Assembly (NCBI GenBank): GCA_021795575.1 | Contig: JAJYPH010000003.1 | Location: 1 to 58,707, forward strand | Source of the DNA: Bacillota bacterium | GTDB taxonomy: Bacteria > Bacillota > Sulfobacillia > Sulfobacillales > JAIMBI01 | Length of the DNA stretch: 58,707 bases | Direction: 5' to 3' | Shown here: positions 1 to 9,800 of the stretch, in pieces | Layout: each line of letters starts with the position of its first letter | Position numbering within the stretch: position 1 is the first letter of the stretch | Position numbers and translations under genes: made by a program | Notes under the pieces: generated by a model | The model's database searches: none | Seen by the model: only the letters and a program-made list of their open reading frames with translations | Told to the model about the DNA's origin: nothing

Positions 1-44
1 CCGGCCGCGCCGGCGGCCTCCTTGTCCTGTGTCACTGCATCCAC
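1..44 (-). CDS. 5' fragment of a gene running off the window, possibly uppS by synteny
   Basis: GGGGAGGAGG RBS-like sequence then in-frame GTG; uppS usually follows frr. Too short to identify. Confidence 0.3.
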   Translation of the reverse strand, partial: MDAVTQDKEAAGAA

Positions 45-72
45 CCTGGGCCGCGTCCTCCTCCCCGGCGAG

Positions 73-246
73 TCACGCCCGAAACGCTGCCACCGTCACC
101 AGCCAGCCCGCCGCTCCCCTCCGTACGCGCACCACGCGCCACACCGGGTTGGCCAAGGGCCGAGCCGCCATGCCCGTACCCGTGGGCTCTACCGTCCATT
201 CCGCCGGAATGGCGCGACCAGCCAGCGCTTGGCCCAGCTGTGGCAC
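73..246 (-). CDS. small hypothetical protein downstream of frr
   Basis: ORF with GTG start just after the frr stop; WRVVRVR segment; fills the gap between frr and the next gene. Confidence 0.4.
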   Translation of the reverse strand: MPQLGQALAGRAIPAEWTVEPTGTGMAARPLANPVWRVVRVRRGAAGWLVTVAAFRA

Positions 247-250
247 GCGG

Positions 251-811
251 TCATGGGTTGAGGAGATCATGTTCTTTCGCGCTCGCCAGCTCTTCCAACT
301 GGTGCGTGTACCGGTCGGTTAGCTTCTGCAGCCGCTCCAAGAGGCGCCGACTGTCATCTTCCGGCAGGGTCTTGTCGGCCTTGATGACGTCCTGACTCTC
401 GCGCCGAACGTTGCGCAGCGACACCCGTTCATCCTCGAGCCGCCGCTTTAACTGCCGCACCAGGTCCCGACGGCGGTCCTCCGTGAGCGCCGGGACGGAA
501 AGCCGAATCAGCGACCCGTCCACCCGAATGCCAAGTCCCAGGTCCGCCTTCTGAATCGCCTTCTCGATGGCCGGCACCGCCCCCTTGTCGAACGGTTGCA
601 CCACCAGCAGTCGGGGCTCAGGAACCGCCACCTGGCCCAGGTGGGGCAGCGGCGTGGCCGTGCCGTAATAGTCCACCATGACCTTGTCCAGCAGGGCGGG
701 GTGTGCCCGCCCCGCCCGCATGCCCTGGAGCTCCCGCTGAAAAAACTCGATGGTGTGGGCCATTTTTTCCTCGGCGCCCGCGAGGCGGTCCGCCTCAGAC
801 ATGCGCATCAT
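251..811 (-). CDS. frr: ribosome recycling factor
   Basis: [27 protein letters not shown] motifs; rpsB-tsf-pyrH-frr synteny. Confidence 0.97.
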   Translation of the reverse strand: MMRMSEADRLAGAEEKMAHTIEFFQRELQGMRAGRAHPALLDKVMVDYYGTATPLPHLGQVAVPEPRLLVVQPFDKGAVPAIEKAIQKADLGLGIRVDGSLIRLSVPALTEDRRRDLVRQLKRRLEDERVSLRNVRRESQDVIKADKTLPEDDSRRLLERLQKLTDRYTHQLEELASAKEHDLLNP

Positions 812-1550
812 CTCCTGATCCCACTAATGTGCCGATGCTCTCGCCCAAGATCACCTTGCGGATGTTGCCATACACGTTGAGATCAAAAATGACGATGGGG
901 ATGCGGTTGTCCATGCAGAGCGAAATGGCGGTGGCGTCCATCACCCGGAGATTCTGCTTCAGAACATCCAGATACGCGATTTCATCCAACAGCTTCGCGC
1001 CCGGATGCGTCCGGGGGTCTGCGTCAAACATGCCCGGCTCCTTGGTGGCTTTCAGCATGACGTCTGCTTCAATCTCGGCTGCCCGCAGCGCGGCCGTCGT
1101 GTCGGTGGAGAAGTAGGGGTTGCCATTGCCGGCCGCAAAGATCACCACCCGGCCCTGCTCCAGGTGCGCCAGCGCCTTGCGGCGGATGTACGGCTCCGCC
1201 ACCTCTTTCATTTCAATCGCCGTCTGCACGCGGACGGCCACGCCATGCTGTTCGAGGGCGTCCATGAGCGCCAGACCGTTCATGACCGTGGCCAGCATCC
1301 CGATGTAGTCCGCGGTGGCGCGGTCCATGCCCTGCGAGCTTCCCGCCAAACCCCGCCAGAAGTTGCCACCGCCGACGACCACCCCCACCTGCACCCCCAG
1401 CGCCAGCACCTCGGCAATCTGACGCGCCACACTGTCCACCGTGCCCGGATCGATGCCGAAGCCCGTTTGGCCGGCCAGCGCCTCCCCGGAAATTTTTAGC
1501 ACCACGCGCCGGTAACGGGGCCCGGTTCCCTCACGCCGTTCGTTCAGCAC
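795..1550 (-). CDS. pyrH: UMP kinase
   Basis: [28 protein letters not shown]. Confidence 0.97.
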   Translation of the reverse strand: MLNERREGTGPRYRRVVLKISGEALAGQTGFGIDPGTVDSVARQIAEVLALGVQVGVVVGGGNFWRGLAGSSQGMDRATADYIGMLATVMNGLALMDALEQHGVAVRVQTAIEMKEVAEPYIRRKALAHLEQGRVVIFAAGNGNPYFSTDTTAALRAAEIEADVMLKATKEPGMFDADPRTHPGAKLLDEIAYLDVLKQNLRVMDATAISLCMDNRIPIVIFDLNVYGNIRKVILGESIGTLVGSGDDAHV

Positions 1551-1577
1551 GATGCCCCCCTCGCCCGTCGGACACTC

Positions 1578-2168
1578 TTAGAGTCCACGTTCAAAGCGCA
1601 CGAATCGGCGCACGCGCACGTGCTCGCCCAACCGCGCCGCCTGTTCCGCAATCGCATCCCCGACGGTCTGGTCCGCGTTCTTCAAAAACGCCTGCTCCAG
1701 AAGGCACTGCTCCTGATAAAATTTCTCCAGCCGCCCCGCCACCAGCTTCTCGGCAATGTGGGGCGGCTTGCCCGCCTCGGCCGCTTCCGCGGCCCACTGC
1801 GCGGACCGTTGGGCCACCTCGTCCGTGGGCACGGCGGTCCGCTCCACCCAGGTGGGCGCCATGGCGGCGATGTGCAGCGCGACATCGTGCACCAGCGACG
1901 CAAATTGATCGTTGCGCGCCACGAAGTCGGTCTCGCAGTTCACCTCGACCAGCACGCCGACACGACCGCCCGGGTGGATGTAGCTGTCCACCAACCCCTC
2001 CCGTGCGTCGCGGTCGGCCCGCTTCTTGGCGGCCAGCGCGCCCCGCTCCCGGAGCCACTCGATCGCCGCCTCGATGTTTCCCTCGGTCTCCTCCAGCGCC
2101 CGCTTGCACTCCATCATCCCCGCTCCGGTCATTTCCCGGAGCTCTTTGACCTGCTTCGCTGTCGTCAT
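1578..2168 (-). CDS. tsf: elongation factor Ts (short form)
   Basis: VKELREMTGAGMMECK, EVNCETDFVA; GGAGG RBS before ATG 2168. Confidence 0.97.
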   Translation of the reverse strand: MTTAKQVKELREMTGAGMMECKRALEETEGNIEAAIEWLRERGALAAKKRADRDAREGLVDSYIHPGGRVGVLVEVNCETDFVARNDQFASLVHDVALHIAAMAPTWVERTAVPTDEVAQRSAQWAAEAAEAGKPPHIAEKLVAGRLEKFYQEQCLLEQAFLKNADQTVGDAIAEQAARLGEHVRVRRFVRFERGL

Positions 2169-2202
2169 GCTGCCTCCATGCGCATCGTGTTCGAGCACGG
2201 GA

Positions 2203-2949
2203 TCACTCGGCCACCACGGCGGGCGTCACCACCACCGCCGGCGGCCGTGCGTCGGGCACGTCCGACTGCCCTTCCCGCCCCTCCAGGAGGGCATCGGCCA
2301 TCCGGGCCGTCAACAGGCGCACAGCGCGAATCGCGTCGTCGTTGCCGGGAATGAGGTAGTCGGCCTCGTCGGGGTCGCAGTTGGTGTCGACAATGGCCAC
2401 CACCGGTATGCCCATCTTGCGTGCTTCGGTCACGGCGATGTGCTCCTTGCGCGGGTCCACGACGAATACGGCCTGCGGCAAATCCCGCATACCCTCAATC
2501 CCACCCAAATATTTCTCGAGGCGGGTTTTTTCCCGCAACAGGGCGCTGACCTCTTTCTTAGGAAGCCGCTCCCACTGGCCGTCCATTTCCTGGTGCTTCA
2601 GGTCGGTCAGCCGGCGCACGCGCCGCTTGATCGTCGCAAAGTTGGTGAGCATGCCCCCGAGCCACCGCTGGTTGACGAAGTATTGCCCGCTCCGCTGGGA
2701 CTCTTCGCTGACGGCATCCTGGGCCTGCTTCTTCGTGCCGATGAACAGCACATGCCCCCCGTCGGCCCCCACCTCGCGCATAAACGCATAGGCTTCTTCC
2801 ACTTTGCGCACGGTCTTCTGAAGGTCAATAATGTAGATGCCGTTGCGCTCCGTAAAGATATACGGCTTCATTTTGGGATTCCAGCGGCGTGTTTGGTGAC
2901 CAAAGTGGACGCCGGCCTCCAACAACTGCTTCATCGAAATCACAGGCAT
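2203..2949 (-). CDS. rpsB: 30S ribosomal protein S2
   Basis: [31 protein letters not shown]; AAGGAG RBS. Confidence 0.98.
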   Translation of the reverse strand: MPVISMKQLLEAGVHFGHQTRRWNPKMKPYIFTERNGIYIIDLQKTVRKVEEAYAFMREVGADGGHVLFIGTKKQAQDAVSEESQRSGQYFVNQRWLGGMLTNFATIKRRVRRLTDLKHQEMDGQWERLPKKEVSALLREKTRLEKYLGGIEGMRDLPQAVFVVDPRKEHIAVTEARKMGIPVVAIVDTNCDPDEADYLIPGNDDAIRAVRLLTARMADALLEGREGQSDVPDARPPAVVVTPAVVAE

Positions 2950-3060
2950 GGTCCATCTCCTTCCGGTTGCTGCCGCCGCCGGTTCATCGCTCGGGTGACC
3001 TGCCGCGGCAGGCACCGGCCCGAAACTTCCCGGCGTGCGAAGTGCGTGGGCAGAACGCCC
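2950..3060 (-). promoter_or_regulatory. rpsB 5' leader (probable S2 autoregulatory RNA)
   Basis: About 110-nt leader between promoter and rpsB with GGTGCC/GATG elements and a CCTGCC-GC-GGCAGG hairpin; position matches the known S2 leader. Confidence 0.55.
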
Positions 3061-3065
3061 GGCGT

Positions 3066-3074
3066 AGTATAGCA
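3066..3074 (-). promoter_or_regulatory. sigma-A extended -10 for rpsB
   Basis: TGCTATACT = TGn + TATACT. Confidence 0.6.
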
Positions 3075-3194
3075 CAGCGCGCCCCAGCGCACCGACGCGC
3101 GTGACGGCCGGCGCTTGACACGTGCCCGCCTCATCGCAACATCTCGACACGATGCCGTCGGCCCGGTGTGGGCCACGGTGATGTCCGCGCGGGC

Positions 3195-3540
3195 ATTCAA
3201 TGAGGACACGGCGCCGCCAGCGATGGCCAATCCGTGCTCATGAACGACCGGGGGAGGGCCCCGCCTGTCCTGCGGGCCGTGTCCGACGACGCGCGGCCCA
3301 CTGGGCGGGTGGGGGTCCCCGAGCCGGCCGGAATCGACGGCGGAATGCGCACCCGTTCACGGTGCCCCGTCACGGCTGGACCCCAACGTGGCCTCCGACG
3401 TGCGGACAGGGGCAACCGGGCGGATTCACCCGGTCGTCGCAGCCTGGTGGTGCGTGTCGGCTTGGGGAGTCCACGGTGGTCACGCGCCACGCGGCAGATG
3501 TCCCGGACACGGGCCCCCGGGTCCTGCATCCCGGGGATGC
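3195..3540 (-). pseudogene. possible decayed M24 (Xaa-Pro peptidase-like) C-terminal remnant
   Basis: Fragments in shifting frames in the expected order: [42 protein letters not shown]. Confidence 0.3.
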
Positions 3541-3557
3541 GCCCGGCTGAGCAGAGT

Positions 3558-4025
3558 TCAGTCTCTCGGCCGGCGCACCAGCCGCACGCGAACCGGCACC
3601 CACAGGTGTCCCCATCCCAACGACAGCCAGACCGCCGAGTGTCCCAACCAGGCATTCCCCGCCCGCAGCACGGCGGGCTCGGGCGCCCGTCCACGGGAGG
3701 ACGCCCCCAACTGCCGCGCCACGGCGGCCTCCACCCGAGCGTCCACACCCGCGGCCACCCGGCGCACCACACCCGGCGGCACCCGAACCGCGATGCCGTC
3801 CACGGTGAGCGGCGTGGTGCGAATGACGTCCAGCACGGTGCCCCGGATGCTGCCGGCGGCCGCCCTCGCTACCACGGGCACCCAGCCACGCGCGGCCCCA
3901 GGGCCTGGGGGCGCCACCGCCACGGCCACCGGGCCCATGAGCCAAACGGCCAGCACCACGGCCGTCTCCAGGGCCAAGAGCCCAGCCGCGCCCAGCACCA
4001 GCCCCTGCACCAATGACCGTTTCAC
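3558..4025 (-). CDS. hypothetical membrane-anchored protein
   Basis: GGAGGA RBS + GTG; N-terminal hydrophobic helix. Confidence 0.6.
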   Translation of the reverse strand: MKRSLVQGLVLGAAGLLALETAVVLAVWLMGPVAVAVAPPGPGAARGWVPVVARAAAGSIRGTVLDVIRTTPLTVDGIAVRVPPGVVRRVAAGVDARVEAAVARQLGASSRGRAPEPAVLRAGNAWLGHSAVWLSLGWGHLWVPVRVRLVRRPRD

Positions 4026-4085
4026 CGTCTTCCTCCACCGGCAGTGTATCCGGCGATGGCCGTTCCATGCAGGCTAGCGGGCCGC

Positions 4086-4433
4086 TCAAGTCGACGCGTC
4101 CGGAGCGTCTGACGGCGGACCGGGGGCGGGCATCTCTTGGGCGCTGTGGGCCTGGGGGGTCGGCGGCGGTGCCGGCCGACGTGGCTCCGACGCCACCATG
4201 CCGTACACTGCACCGATGTAGAGTCCCGCCATCGCGGCCTTGTCCAGTCCGCTGCCCGGCGACCACACCACCACCGCCACCGAGGCGATGATGCCCAGTA
4301 AAAACAGGGCGGCCCGGGCCACCTCGTTCAGGTAGCGGAGGCGTCGCGACCGGGCCTTGATGAGCCGACCGGCGGCCGCACCCAGCGCGGTCGTGAGCGC
4401 AATCACCAGCACGTGGCCGATGGTGAGACTCAT
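4086..4433 (-). CDS. hypothetical membrane protein (about 3 TM)
   Basis: AAGGAGG RBS + ATG; three hydrophobic segments; Pro-rich tail. Confidence 0.7.
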   Translation of the reverse strand: MSLTIGHVLVIALTTALGAAAGRLIKARSRRLRYLNEVARAALFLLGIIASVAVVVWSPGSGLDKAAMAGLYIGAVYGMVASEPRRPAPPPTPQAHSAQEMPAPGPPSDAPDAST

Positions 4434-4458
4434 GGCGGCCTCCTTCGCGACGGCTTCG

Positions 4459-5859
4459 CTAAAGCGCCAGCGGGACCGGCACGCGCGCGGTGCGTTCTGG
4501 CAACGGGGCCGACACGGGATCGCCCGTGCGCTCCGCCGTCAGGAAAAACGTTCGCGCTCCGGTGATGCGCACGGGCACAAACCGGTGCGTGAGGTCCACC
4601 CCGGCCTCGCGCGGGAGCAGGATGACTTTGTTCGTTCCTGATCGGGCTGCCCACACGTTGGGATCTTTCCGGCTGAGCCCTTCCACCAGTACCAGGTCTG
4701 ACCGGCCGACCCATGCCTGGTTCTTTTCCAGGCTGATCCGATACTGCAGCGCCATCAGACGGTTCAGCCGGTCTTTCTTGAGCATCTCGGGAACGGGATT
4801 GCGCCCCTCCCACCGCGCCGCCGGCGTGCCGGCACGCGGTGAGTAGATAAAGGTGAACGCGGTGTCAAACCCCACCTCCTCCATCAGGGAGAGCGTATCG
4901 GCAAAGTCCTCGTCCGTCTCCCCGGGAAATCCCACGATCACATCGGTGGTCAGCACGGCGTCGGGGATGGCTTGACGCACGCGGCCCACCAGGTCCAGAT
5001 ACTGCTCGCGCGTATACTTGCGGTTCATCTTTTTGAGCACCGCCGAGCTGCCGGACTGCACCGGCAAATGAACGTGCCGGGTCACCTTGCGACTGGCGGC
5101 GATCGTGTCAATCAGCTTTTGAGAAAAATCTTTGGGGTGGCTCGTGAGGTACCGGAGCCAGCGCACCCCGTCGAGAGGCTCCAGCGCCGCCAAGAGGTCG
5201 GCCAAATCCAGGGCGGGGTCAAGGTCATGGCCATACGAGTTCACGTTTTGGCCCAGCACCGTCACGTCCTGATATCCCTCCGCCGCCAGCGCCCGCACCT
5301 CCGCCACGATGTCGTCAATCGATCGGCTTTGCTCCCGGCCACGGGTAAACGGCACAATGCAATACGTGCAAAACTTGTCGCACCCGTAGATGATATTGAC
5401 GAAGGCGCTGGCCCCGTCGGCCCGGCGGGACGGGAGATTCGGCTGCACCTCGGGCGACGCCTCCCAGACGTCCACCACCATCTCGCGGCTGCCCGCCGCC
5501 CGCTCCAGCAGCTCTGGCAGCTGATGCAGGTTGTGGGTGCCAAACACCACGTCGACGTGCGGCGCGTGGCGCTTCAGCCACGCGATGGTGCCGGGCTCCT
5601 GGGCCATGCACCCGGCAAAGGCCACCGTGAGGTCCGGCCGATCGTGCTTCATCGCCTTTAAGCCGCCGATGTAGCCAAACGCGTGGTCCTCGGCCGAGCC
5701 GCGCACCGCGCAGGTGTTGACCACCACCAGATCCGCGTCGGCGTCGCCGTGCGCGCGCTCGTAGCCCATCTCCTCCAGCTGGCCCGCCATGATCTCGGAG
5801 TCGCGCACGTTCATTTGGCAGCCAAACGTACGGATGTGGTAGCGCGGGGCCGTGGCCAT
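4459..5859 (-). CDS. miaB: tRNA-2-methylthio-N6-isopentenyladenosine synthase
   Basis: TFGCQMN, NTCAVR, GCMAQ, radical SAM CDKFCTYC, C-terminal TRAM domain. Confidence 0.96.
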   Translation of the reverse strand: MATAPRYHIRTFGCQMNVRDSEIMAGQLEEMGYERAHGDADADLVVVNTCAVRGSAEDHAFGYIGGLKAMKHDRPDLTVAFAGCMAQEPGTIAWLKRHAPHVDVVFGTHNLHQLPELLERAAGSREMVVDVWEASPEVQPNLPSRRADGASAFVNIIYGCDKFCTYCIVPFTRGREQSRSIDDIVAEVRALAAEGYQDVTVLGQNVNSYGHDLDPALDLADLLAALEPLDGVRWLRYLTSHPKDFSQKLIDTIAASRKVTRHVHLPVQSGSSAVLKKMNRKYTREQYLDLVGRVRQAIPDAVLTTDVIVGFPGETDEDFADTLSLMEEVGFDTAFTFIYSPRAGTPAARWEGRNPVPEMLKKDRLNRLMALQYRISLEKNQAWVGRSDLVLVEGLSRKDPNVWAARSGTNKVILLPREAGVDLTHRFVPVRITGARTFFLTAERTGDPVSAPLPERTARVPVPLAL

Positions 5860-5910
5860 GCGGATCCCTCCTCCCTGTCTGTCGCTGTCTCGTCCTCGCC
5901 AAGAGCACGG

Positions 5911-7197
5911 TCATCGGGCGGCGTCGCCCTCCAGCGTATCACGGGCGTCCAGCACCGCATCGGCTTGACCGACGCGCCGAGCCACGCGGTTGACGATCGC
6001 TGCAGGGGCGCTGAAGCGTACTAGGTAGCCTGTGTCCGTGAGGCGCTGGTCCAGGATGTCGCCTTCCGCGCGGATCCACCCCAGCACCTCGCCGGCCGCC
6101 CACGGGACGGCCAGCTCCACGGGCGGACGGGCCTGACGAAGCCGGTCCGTGAGACGGGCCACCAGCCCGGCTTGGTTCCAGCCGGTTTCGGCGGACACCG
6201 GCACGCCCCGCGGCCGCTGGCCCGGTGGCACCCGATCCCACTGGTTTTCCACCAGAACCCGGGGAATCGCGGCGGCGCCCACCTCCGCCAGGACCTCCTC
6301 CACCACCGCTTCCTGTCGGGCGCCATCCCGGGAGGCATCAACCACCACCGCCAGCAGGTCAGCCTCGCGCACTTCGTCCAGGGTGGACTTGAAGGCCGCC
6401 ACCAGCGCGTGGGGCAGGCGGCGGACGAATCCCACCGTATCCACCAGCAGCACCGGCCCGAAGCCGGCCAGATGCACGCGCCGCACCCCCGGATCCAACG
6501 TGGCAAACAGCTGATCCTCCACCAGCGCCCCCCGCCGGGTCAGCAGCCGGAACAACGACGACTTGCCCACATTGGTGTAGCCGACCAGCGCCACCGTGGG
6601 CACCAACCCGGTCGAGCGGCGCTCCCGCCGCACCCGGCGCTCCAGCTCGACGCGTGACAGCTCGGCGCCCAGCGCAGCTAGCCGCTGCCGCACGCGTCGG
6701 CGATCAATTTCCAGCCGGGTTTCGCCGGGCCCCCGCGTGCCAATGCCGCCACCCGTCCGCGAGAGCCCCTGCTGCCGGGCGGCCAGCCGTGGCAGCCGGT
6801 AGGTGAGCTGGGCCATTTCCACCTGCAGGCGGCCCTCCCGGCTGTTGGCGCGTCGACTGAAAATATCCAAAATCAGTTCGGTGCGGTCAATCACCCGGCA
6901 TTCGAACTCGGTCTCCCACTCGCGGGCCCACCGCGGGGTGAGCTCGTCCGCCCAAATCACCAGGTTGAGGTGGTCGGCGGCCACCCGGTCCCGCACGGCC
7001 GCCAGCGTCCCCCGCCCGACAGGACCCCCGCCCTCGCGCGGTTTCAGCCATGTGTCCACCACCACGGCCCCCGCGCTCCGCGCCAGCGCCGCCAGCTCGG
7101 CCATGTCTTCGGCGGCCTGCGCCTGCGCCGCCCCCGCGCCGCGCTTGTCGTAGCTGCCCAGGAGGAGCGCCCGCTCCGCCGGTAGCTCTCTGCCCAT
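5911..7197 (-). CDS. hflX: GTPase HflX
   Basis: GIGTRGPGET, GYTNVGKS, LFATLD, DTVGF. Confidence 0.95.
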   Translation of the reverse strand: MGRELPAERALLLGSYDKRGAGAAQAQAAEDMAELAALARSAGAVVVDTWLKPREGGGPVGRGTLAAVRDRVAADHLNLVIWADELTPRWAREWETEFECRVIDRTELILDIFSRRANSREGRLQVEMAQLTYRLPRLAARQQGLSRTGGGIGTRGPGETRLEIDRRRVRQRLAALGAELSRVELERRVRRERRSTGLVPTVALVGYTNVGKSSLFRLLTRRGALVEDQLFATLDPGVRRVHLAGFGPVLLVDTVGFVRRLPHALVAAFKSTLDEVREADLLAVVVDASRDGARQEAVVEEVLAEVGAAAIPRVLVENQWDRVPPGQRPRGVPVSAETGWNQAGLVARLTDRLRQARPPVELAVPWAAGEVLGWIRAEGDILDQRLTDTGYLVRFSAPAAIVNRVARRVGQADAVLDARDTLEGDAAR

Positions 7198-7213
7198 CGT
7201 GCACCCCCTTCCG

Positions 7214-7960
7214 TCAGGACCCGCGCAGCGTGGTCAACAGCACCACCGCTGGCCCGCCGGCGGGATCAAGGGCGAGGGCCGTCCCCGCGTCCCTCCGTGC
7301 GCGAGCCAGGTTGTGCAGGGCCCGCTCGGACTGTGCGGCGTCGTACCATGGCTGCCACCACCCCGGGCTCACCCGCACGGCGGCGCGGAAGAAGCCCAGG
7401 GCCGCGGCCGGCTGGTGCTCGGCCAGCAGCAGCCGGCCCCATTCATCGTAGGTCGCCCCTTCGGGGCCGCCCAGCACCTCCGCGCGACGCAGATCCCGCT
7501 CCGCGGCGGGCCACTCGGCACGCGCCACCGCCACGGCCGCCAGACCATCCCAGGCTAGCCAATCCGCCGGATGACGCCGGGTGGCATTCCCGTAAGCCAC
7601 ACCGGCCGCACTCCACTGGCCCGCCTGCAGGGCTAACAGGCCCACATTGTCCTCCAACGTCGCGGACCCCGGGGCGAGCCGGAGCGCGTGGGTCGCCAGG
7701 GCCAGCGCGGTGCGGGGGTGGCCCAGCGCGTCCATGATCTGGGCGAGCCGCACATAGGCGGCCGACGAGCCGGGATCGCGCGCCACCACCTGTTCCTGGT
7801 CATACGCGGCGCGGGTCAGGTCAAATCGGGCGCGCTGCCACCGCTGGCCGCCGGCGGCCGCAAACCGGCTCGCCGCCGCCGGCGGTGTGACTCGCCCACA
7901 CCCCGCGATGAGCAGAGCCACCCCGGCCAGTCCCAGCCACCACGCCACTCCTGTGCGCAA
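7214..7960 (-). CDS. TPR-repeat lipoprotein
   Basis: Lipobox LIAGC; repeated A..L.P TPR-like helices. Confidence 0.75.
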   Translation of the reverse strand: MRTGVAWWLGLAGVALLIAGCGRVTPPAAASRFAAAGGQRWQRARFDLTRAAYDQEQVVARDPGSSAAYVRLAQIMDALGHPRTALALATHALRLAPGSATLEDNVGLLALQAGQWSAAGVAYGNATRRHPADWLAWDGLAAVAVARAEWPAAERDLRRAEVLGGPEGATYDEWGRLLLAEHQPAAALGFFRAAVRVSPGWWQPWYDAAQSERALHNLARARRDAGTALALDPAGGPAVVLLTTLRGS

Positions 7961-7963
7961 GCC

Positions 7964-8401
7964 TCACCATCCTAAAAACGCGCGAACGCCCGGGTCCCGG
8001 ACACACTGGGCCATCCCCGGGGCCAGCGGCAGCCCCTCCACGCCCTCTGCCGACACCCAACGGGCCTCCCCCGCATCCGTGCCGGCGCGGAGGCATCCGC
8101 CGCCGGCCCATTCACAGGCCATGTCCACCACCACAAAATGATGCGCGGTGCCACCCCGTTCATCCGTCTGCCGTAGTTCCCCGACAAAAAGTGGTGCCCC
8201 GGCCGTCACGGCGAGCCCCGTTTCTTCGGCCGCTTCGCGCTCCGCGCCGCCGCCCAGCGTCTCGGCCCACTCCAAATGTCCCCCGGGGAAGGCCCATGTG
8301 CCTTCATAGGGCGCCTGGCCCCTGCGCACCAGCACCGTGCGCCCCGCGCCATCGCGAATGACCGCTGCCACGCCCACCTGGGGGCGCGGCGCGGTGGTCA
8401 A
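7964..8401 (-). CDS. NUDIX hydrolase
   Basis: Nudix box GGHLEWAETLGGGAEREAAEETGL. Confidence 0.9.
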   Translation of the reverse strand: MTTAPRPQVGVAAVIRDGAGRTVLVRRGQAPYEGTWAFPGGHLEWAETLGGGAEREAAEETGLAVTAGAPLFVGELRQTDERGGTAHHFVVVDMACEWAGGGCLRAGTDAGEARWVSAEGVEGLPLAPGMAQCVRDPGVRAFLGW

Positions 8402-8595
8402 CGGCGCTCCTCGGCCGCTGCGGTGTCGTAGACGGACAACTCGTGTCCGTCGTCCCGCAGACGCAGGCCGAACGCCAGGCCCCGGTCAGACAGCACCTGA
8501 TTTAAAAATGTTACGACGTGACTGGGTTCAAAGCTTTCGAACCAGCGCGTGCCAAGCACGCGCAGGGCATCGTGGTCTGCCCGCACTTCCGTCAT
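8398..8595 (-). CDS. YpmA/DUF4264-family protein
   Basis: VVTFLNQVL..GLAFGL signature; stop overlaps the NUDIX start. Confidence 0.75.
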   Translation of the reverse strand: MTEVRADHDALRVLGTRWFESFEPSHVVTFLNQVLSDRGLAFGLRLRDDGHELSVYDTAAAEERR

Positions 8596-8791
8596 TGGAC
8601 AACCCGCCTTTCGAGCCGCTCGCCTCGTCAGGGCGCTGCCGCCTACGCCGATTATGGGATTTTCGGGCGGCGGCGTCCACCCAGTGGCCGCAGCACCAGC
8701 AACCGGACAGCCGACGACGGCACCCGGCGGGCACACTAGACCCGGTGGCCATCGCGCTGCCAAAACACCGCACTCAGGGGAGGTGGCGACC

Positions 8792-9022
8792 GTGGCTCAG
8801 TGGACGAGCGGCACGACGTTGCTGCCGGACCAAGTGCGCGACCGGTTCAAGTACGAAGTGGCCGGGGAGCTCGGCCTGTTGGACGACATCGAGACCAAGG
8901 GCTGGGCGGACATGCCCACGCGGGATCTCGGACGCATCGGCGGGGCGATTGGGGGCAACATGGTGAAGGTGCTGATTCGCCAAGCCGAAGAGGCGCTGGC
9001 TGCCGGGGCCGACACGCCATAA
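8792..9022 (+). CDS. small acid-soluble spore protein (alpha/beta, SspF-like)
   Basis: FKYEVAGELGL, TRDLGRIGG..GGNMVK; GGAGG RBS + GTG. Confidence 0.88.
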   Translation: MAQWTSGTTLLPDQVRDRFKYEVAGELGLLDDIETKGWADMPTRDLGRIGGAIGGNMVKVLIRQAEEALAAGADTP

Positions 9023-9025
9023 CGC

Positions 9026-9058
9026 GGATGAAGGGTCGGGCCCCCCGACCCTTCATCC
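9026..9058. terminator. hairpin between convergent genes
   Basis: Perfect 15-bp stem GGATGAAGGGTCGGG/CCCGACCCTTCATCC. Confidence 0.7.
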
Positions 9059-9406
9059 CGTCACAGCCAGAAACCCTCCCAGCGCCCCCAAGAATGCTCC
9101 GACCGCCAACGTCACCCCCACCGGACCCAGCGGGAGTCCGGTCTCGGCGGCCACCAGGCTCCCCAGGACCGCCAGCGACAGCCCGGCCAGCGTCCCGGGG
9201 AGCACCGCCCCCGAATCGCTGCCGCGCCCAGCAAACCACCCCGCCGCCGTGCTCACCACCACTCGAGCCACCCAGAGCACCGCCGCCACGACGGACTCCG
9301 CCACGGGGGTCCGGTCTGCGGCCAGGGCCAACCCCAGCGCCAGCAGCGCGGCCACCATCAGCCCGGCCGCCACGCCGCGACCCACGGCCCGGAGGCTCAC
9401 TGCCAT
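9053..9406 (-). CDS. TIGR04086-like small membrane protein
   Basis: Four Gly/Ala-rich TM helices; GGAGG RBS. Confidence 0.7.
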   Translation of the reverse strand: MAVSLRAVGRGVAAGLMVAALLALGLALAADRTPVAESVVAAVLWVARVVVSTAAGWFAGRGSDSGAVLPGTLAGLSLAVLGSLVAAETGLPLGPVGVTLAVGAFLGALGGFLAVTG

Positions 9407-9499
9407 CCCTCCGGCGTACCTTACGCGGCGACGGACGGCGCTAGAGCAGTCTGCTGACCGGGATCGTCCGCCACCAGGCGGTCCGGCGTCGCGTACCCC

Positions 9500-9760
9500 T
9501 CACCCGTCGCCGTCGCGCCTGTCCCTGGCCATCGCCTGCCGGCCGCGTGCCACCAGACGCCGGACCATGTGGCCCCCCAGCGTGCCCACCTCCCGCGTGG
9601 TCATGTGGGCGAAGCCGCGCTCGGCGATGTCGTCTTGCAACCCCAGCTCCTCGGCCACCTCAAACTTCAACGAGCGGATCGCCTCGCGGCCCGCCCGGGC
9701 GCCCGACAACTCGGACCGCCGCCGCGCCACGCGCCACCGCTTTCCCTCTGCATGCGTCAT
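9500..9760 (-). CDS. small acid-soluble spore protein (alpha/beta type)
   Basis: LKFEVAEELGL, TTREVGTLGGHMVRRLV. Confidence 0.88.
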   Translation of the reverse strand: MTHAEGKRWRVARRRSELSGARAGREAIRSLKFEVAEELGLQDDIAERGFAHMTTREVGTLGGHMVRRLVARGRQAMARDRRDGDG

Positions 9761-9800
9761 GAGGTGACTCGCCGCCTTCCTCCGCCTGTGAGATCTCCCT

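Noticed and set aside
8709-8738. sigma-G promoter for the first SASP
   Set aside because: Good -10 (CACACTA) but only a poor -35 (GCCGA) at the right spacing; not called
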